From positions 480,001 to 544,000 of the forward strand of contig CAXXJV010000001.1 in NCBI GenBank assembly GCA_963663475.2: 64,000 bases of DNA, written 5' to 3'. This DNA is from Candidatus Cloacimonadales bacterium (GTDB taxonomy: Bacteria > Cloacimonadota > Cloacimonadia > Cloacimonadales > JAFGVF01). A program made the position numbers and the translations under genes. The notes below the pieces were generated by a model. The model searched no databases. It was not told where the DNA came from and saw nothing but the letters and a program-made list of their open reading frames with translations. This document shows, in pieces, positions 59,564-64,000 of the stretch. Each line of letters begins with the position of its first letter. Positions within the stretch are counted from its first letter, which is position 1.

Positions 59564-60005
59564 AGTAATCTTCTATTAATTTAATTGATTGTTTTTTATT
59601 CTTTCTGCTAGGCTCATTCCATTCACCTTCTACGACAATAGTAGTTTTTTTGTAAGTTCGATCAATAATACCGTATTCATAATTAGTAATATAGTAAGTA
59701 TCAAACTCAATATCAATATTACGTCCAGAAGGAGTTTTGTCTAAGAGATATGACCTTCCATAAACAGGAACTGAATTTGGGTCAGCCATAAAACCACTCT
59801 TTTGCTTGCGAAAGAAATTATTGTAGTCTAATTTACCAGAAGCTATCAAGACAGCTCTTCGGGCTCGATAGTTTCTAAACAACTGGTTCTCGGTAAATTG
59901 AATACCAACAAACAGAGCTGCAATGGCAAAGAAGACTATAGCCGCACTTGCCAAAAGCTCTATTAATGTAAAACCTGAGTCTTTACAATTTTTTAATTTC
60001 ATCAT
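59547..60005 (-). CDS. Minor pilin, PilV-like
   Basis: DSG|FTLIELL prepilin motif. Confidence 0.75.
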   Translation of the reverse strand: MMKLKNCKDSGFTLIELLASAAIVFFAIAALFVGIQFTENQLFRNYRARRAVLIASGKLDYNNFFRKQKSGFMADPNSVPVYGRSYLLDKTPSGRNIDIEFDTYYITNYEYGIIDRTYKKTTIVVEGEWNEPSRKNKKQSIKLIEDYYDPYD

Positions 60006-61063
60006 CCGTTAAATCCTGCACCAGTTGCGAAGATCTTAGGATTATCAGCAACCTTTTCTGCAGTCTTTCTATCTAAATTACCGTTCATTACGTGATTATA
60101 TAGAGATTGATCTTTTGTTTGCATACCTTCTTTTGTACCTGCTTGGATAACAGAAGGTATTTGGTAAGTCTTCTCTTCACGAATCAAGTTTCTTACAGCC
60201 GCATTTGCAATCATAATTTCTAAAGCAGGAACTCGGCCTTTGCCATCTTTGGTAGGTAGCAAGGTTTGAGCAATAACTGCTTCTAAAGATTCAGATAGCA
60301 TTGATCTAACCTGAGCTTGCTGTTCTTTAGGGAACATATCAATGATACGGTCAATAGATTTAGTTGCACTACTAGTATGAAGAGTAGCAAAGACTAAGTG
60401 ACCAGTTTCAGATGCTGTTAAAGCAAGAGAAACGGTTTCTAAGTCACGCATCTCACCAACAAGAATCACATCAGGGTCTTCACGTAGTGCAGATCTAAGA
60501 GCTGCAGTAAAAGAGTGTGTGTCATGTCCTAGCTCACGCTGATTGACTAAGCTGTTCTTTGATTTATGAACAAACTCAATCGGATCTTCAATTGTGATAA
60601 TGTGTTTTTGAGAATGGTCGTTAATAGAGTCAATCATAGTAGCCAAAGTTGTTGACTTACCAGAACCAGTAGGACCAGTAACTAAGATCAGACCTTTCTC
60701 TTTATATGTTAATGACTTAAGTGTCTCTGGCAAGTAGAGTTCTTCGTATGTTTTAATTTCATTAGGAATAACACGAAAAGCTGCAGCTAAACCATTAATT
60801 TGGGTAAAAGCATTAACACGAAAACGAACTTCATTTGAAAGTTTTGTTGAGAAGTCAATTTCTAATTTCTCATGAAACATTTCTATTTGAGATTCATTCA
60901 TAACAGAAAATATTAGGTTTTGAATCTCTTCTTCAGACATTTGTGGGATGTTCAGTTTTTTCATTTTACCATGAACACGAACCATAGGGTAAGATCCAGC
61001 ACTAATGTGCAAATCAGAAGCCCCTGCGTCTGAAGTGAATTTTAATAATTCTTGTATTGTCAT
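60002..61063 (-). CDS. pilT: Pilus retraction ATPase PilT
   Basis: ASDLH; RFRVNAF; GPTGSGKSTT; TIEDPIE; LREDPD; GEMRD; AVRNLIRE. Confidence 0.96.
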   Translation of the reverse strand: MTIQELLKFTSDAGASDLHISAGSYPMVRVHGKMKKLNIPQMSEEEIQNLIFSVMNESQIEMFHEKLEIDFSTKLSNEVRFRVNAFTQINGLAAAFRVIPNEIKTYEELYLPETLKSLTYKEKGLILVTGPTGSGKSTTLATMIDSINDHSQKHIITIEDPIEFVHKSKNSLVNQRELGHDTHSFTAALRSALREDPDVILVGEMRDLETVSLALTASETGHLVFATLHTSSATKSIDRIIDMFPKEQQAQVRSMLSESLEAVIAQTLLPTKDGKGRVPALEIMIANAAVRNLIREEKTYQIPSVIQAGTKEGMQTKDQSLYNHVMNGNLDRKTAEKVADNPKIFATGAGFNG

Positions 61064-61117
61064 CCAGCCTCCCGAAATTTAAACTTATTTTAAAAACTAA
61101 TTAGTTTTGATTCTAAT

Positions 61118-61549
61118 TTAGTTTTCACCACCAGTTTCAACATCGGTAAAGGTATCGATACCCCAGCCAGTATAAGAGTTATCTTCAACGATAAATCTAA
61201 CTTGTTTTCCTTCTCCTGATTCGAATTCTGAAGTAGAAGTACAAATATACTCTTGAGGTGGGTTACCTACAACATCAAATTCCCATTGGTCTCTAACTGC
61301 TTGAGAAATACCAGCATCATCTAATGCATCTTCAATTTCGTAGCCATCAGTTGTACCATTCATTGTGTAATAAGTTTCGTAAGCCTGTTTTACTGAACGC
61401 AAGTAAGCCTTAGGACCAGCTGCTTTACCTCTTTCTGTGTAACGAAGATAAATTGGAACCGCAATAGATGCTAAAATAGTCATAATAATAATAACAGCTA
61501 AAAGTTCCACTAAACTGAATCCCTTGTCTTTTTTCATAAATCTGAACAT
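61118..61549 (-). CDS. pilA: Major type IVa pilin
   Basis: KG|FSLVELLAVIIIMTILASIAVP; GGGAGGA RBS; first gene of the locus. Confidence 0.85.
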   Translation of the reverse strand: MFRFMKKDKGFSLVELLAVIIIMTILASIAVPIYLRYTERGKAAGPKAYLRSVKQAYETYYTMNGTTDGYEIEDALDDAGISQAVRDQWEFDVVGNPPQEYICTSTSEFESGEGKQVRFIVEDNSYTGWGIDTFTDVETGGEN

Positions 61550-61605
61550 AATGTTCCTCCCAATTAAGTATTTTTTACTTTTTTTTAATTTTCACAGATA
61601 TACAT

Positions 61606-61621
61606 TGCACATAGCATACCA
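61606..61621 (-). promoter_or_regulatory. sigma54 -24/-12 promoter of pilA
   Basis: TGGTATGCTATGTGCA = GG-N10-GC on the minus strand, 57 nt upstream of the pilA ATG. Confidence 0.6.
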
Positions 61622-61757
61622 AAAATTAACAAATTTTCACTTTTCTTAAAATTCAAATAAAAAGTCTTGACTCTTTTGGCTTGTCTTGCTTTTTCTGTAA
61701 CCAAATGATTTAACAAACGTTTTAAAATAAACAATGATAGATTAAGGAGTCTAAATA

Positions 61758-63794
61758 ATGAGAAAACTTTTACCTATGGCAGTGCTAGTAATATCTTTAG
61801 TATTATTACTTGTAGGCTGTTCAGTGTTTAAGACAGATGGAGGAGATAAATCTCAAGCTGAGATATATGTTAAGTTTGACGGAGGAAGCATTACTAAAGG
61901 TGATTTCACCAAGTTCATAACAAGCCTTCCTAACGAACAACAAGAAGCTTTAAATATGGCAGGTCAACAAGTTAAGTTATTAAATTCAATGGCTAATGAA
62001 GAAGCTTTTTATGCTAAAGCAAAAGACCTAGGATACGATAAAGATCCTGAAGTAATCTCCTTGATTGAATCAAGACTTAAACCTTTTTATATTCAAGAAT
62101 TCTACGCATTAAATATCAAAGATAAGGCAAGTGTAAGTGATAATGAGGTAAAGAAGTATTACGATGAAAACCCAGATTTCTTCACAGAGCCAGCAAAGGC
62201 TACGATTAGATATATTCAAGCTAAGGATATGGATTCAGCCCAGGATATCATGAAAGATCTTACTGAGAAAGAATTACAGTTTAGTGTAGTTTCAAGTGTT
62301 AAATCAATCAACACTTATGCTAAGGGTAATGATGGTATTATCAGAGAAGTCACCAACGATGGTTACATCCAAGGTATAGGTTATGATGCTCTTTTAGATT
62401 CTCTAATTTTTTCTCTACCTGTAGATGAAGATGAGATATATGGTCCTTACCAATCAGAAACTGGTATTCATATTTTCACTATCTTGAACAGACAAGATGC
62501 TTACGTTAAGCCATTCGAGGAAGTCAAAGATTTAGCTAATTCTAGAGCTCTTGCTCTTAAACAAAAAGCTATTAGTGACCAGTTAATTGAAAAGGTTAAA
62601 GAAGACAAGAATATTAAAGTTGCTAATGAAGTTCTGGAAAAAATTGACTTTGTTGACACATCAAATAACAGCCAAGAAATCCTTGATAAAGCTGTTTTAA
62701 CAAGTAAAATTGATGAATTCTCTTGGACTGCTAAAGACCTTATAGACAACTATAATTCTATTAATAAGAATGAAAGAATGTTTATTGCTCAGAATTCTCC
62801 TCAAGAAATTTTAGACCACCTCTTATCAAAAGAAGTCTATTATTATCAGCTTAAGAAAGATGGACTTGATAAAGAGTTGAATAAGACTGACAAGTTCAAT
62901 CGTAACATCAGAAACATAATCCTATCCTATACTTATCAAAAGCTTGTGGTTGATAAAGTTAACATCACTGATGAGATGGTTGAAGACTACTATAATGCTA
63001 ACAAACTTGAATTTTCTAAACCTGCTTACCGTAATATAGAGTTATTGGTCTTCGAAAATACTGATAATGCTGAAGATGCACGCTTGCAGTACATATCTGC
63101 TGTTAATAATGAGGACACAGCAGAAATTGAAAGAATTATGAATGAATATGCTAGCAATGATTTCGATAAGAGATTGATAAACAATGTATATAGCAATGGC
63201 ATTGTCCCAGGTTATGGTAAAGATACTATCCTTAACACTGCTATCTGGAATCTACCTGTAAACGAAGTAAGCGATATATTGACTCTTAAAAAGGATGATC
63301 AAGCTGCGATTTTTAGAGTTGTCCATGAAGAAGCTATTCAATATAAGCCACTTAATCATGTTGAGCCACAGATAGAAGGCAAACTTAAACGTGCTGAATC
63401 TGCCCAGCTTTTTGAAAGCCTCTTAGAAGAATTTAAAGATGAATTTAACTTTGAAATCTATGAGGATAAATTAAGACCTACACTCACTGCTGAAGAGCTT
63501 TTCGAACTTGCGGAAAGACAAGCTAAAGTGGGTAAGTATAATGATACTGTCCTTTATTATGACCAAATCATTTCTGCCTTCCCTAATGGTAAAGATGACT
63601 ATAAGGCTATGTTTATGAAAGGATTTACTCAATCAGAATACATGAATGATAAGCAATCTGCTATCCAAACATTTTCAAAGTTCTTACAAAAGTACCCTGA
63701 AGGTGAACTCAATGCTGATGCCCAGGTTATGTTAGACATCTTAACTGGAAAAACATCAATTGAAATACCTGATGACCTAGAACTTCAAGACTAA
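61758..63794 (+). CDS. Lipoprotein foldase: two SurA/PrsA-like parvulin modules plus C-terminal TPR
   Basis: Lipobox LLVGC; duplicated V-x5-V-x2-YY-x2-N-x3-F-x2-P...KP-x3-V modules; TPR-like FPNG and YPEG ends. Confidence 0.78.
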   Translation: MRKLLPMAVLVISLVLLLVGCSVFKTDGGDKSQAEIYVKFDGGSITKGDFTKFITSLPNEQQEALNMAGQQVKLLNSMANEEAFYAKAKDLGYDKDPEVISLIESRLKPFYIQEFYALNIKDKASVSDNEVKKYYDENPDFFTEPAKATIRYIQAKDMDSAQDIMKDLTEKELQFSVVSSVKSINTYAKGNDGIIREVTNDGYIQGIGYDALLDSLIFSLPVDEDEIYGPYQSETGIHIFTILNRQDAYVKPFEEVKDLANSRALALKQKAISDQLIEKVKEDKNIKVANEVLEKIDFVDTSNNSQEILDKAVLTSKIDEFSWTAKDLIDNYNSINKNERMFIAQNSPQEILDHLLSKEVYYYQLKKDGLDKELNKTDKFNRNIRNIILSYTYQKLVVDKVNITDEMVEDYYNANKLEFSKPAYRNIELLVFENTDNAEDARLQYISAVNNEDTAEIERIMNEYASNDFDKRLINNVYSNGIVPGYGKDTILNTAIWNLPVNEVSDILTLKKDDQAAIFRVVHEEAIQYKPLNHVEPQIEGKLKRAESAQLFESLLEEFKDEFNFEIYEDKLRPTLTAEELFELAERQAKVGKYNDTVLYYDQIISAFPNGKDDYKAMFMKGFTQSEYMNDKQSAIQTFSKFLQKYPEGELNADAQVMLDILTGKTSIEIPDDLELQD

Positions 63795-63808
63795 TTTATA
63801 AAGCTCAC

Positions 63809-63837
63809 AAGGACAGGCCTCTTGCCTGTCCTTTTTT
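63809..63837 (+). terminator. Intrinsic terminator
   Basis: AAGGACAGGC-CTCTT-GCCTGTCCTT-TTTT. Confidence 0.85.
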
Positions 63838-63949
63838 AATCCAGATAGTCTAGTAGCTTTATCTTCAAAATCTAAGCCTATAAAAATAAATGTTTTTTTT
63901 ACAGATAAGTAGCCTTATAGAATTTTATATATAGCATTATTGAGCTTAA
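63836..63949 (+). mobile_element. Highly degenerate MITE-like copy
   Basis: Left end TTAATCCAGATAGTCTAGTAG; possible right end GCATTATTGAGCTTAA. Confidence 0.35.
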
Positions 63950-64000
63950 GCATCCTGACAAAATACCATATATATTAAGGCTTCTACACCCTGACTTAAC

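Overview
AT-rich bacterial chromosome segment (standard genetic code). The combination of FlgD/'YPNPFN'-type C-terminal domains, an outer membrane, [FeFe]-hydrogenase maturases and butyrate kinase suggests an anaerobic FCB-group organism such as Cloacimonadota (inference). Left to right: a secreted protein whose frame continues through an in-frame TGA in a CxxU motif followed by a SECIS-like hairpin (candidate new selenoprotein); a sigma54 response regulator, small Omp85-like protein, histidine kinase and globin-like/CarH-type B12-binding protein lying divergent from a cobalamin-riboswitch B12 uptake operon; a short Rho; buk; alaS; a second sigma54 activator with a -24/-12 promoter ahead of a secreted protein with seven 195-bp repeats (1-nt frameshift); a class IIC group II intron inserted at a terminator; a soluble-adenylyl-cyclase-like STAND protein; ruvB; aspA-hydE-hydF; porin-pstSCAB-phoU-phoBR plus a miniature sigma factor; a degenerate UvrC-like gene; a type IV pilus locus (pilC frameshifted) with an invasin-like lipoprotein; and a PPIase lipoprotein. 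Intergenic DNA is dense in small palindromic elements: about 10 copies of a fold-back MITE-like element, two 37-bp perfect hairpins with compensatory changes, and two REP-like mosaics. All calls come from motif recognition by eye; no database searches were run.
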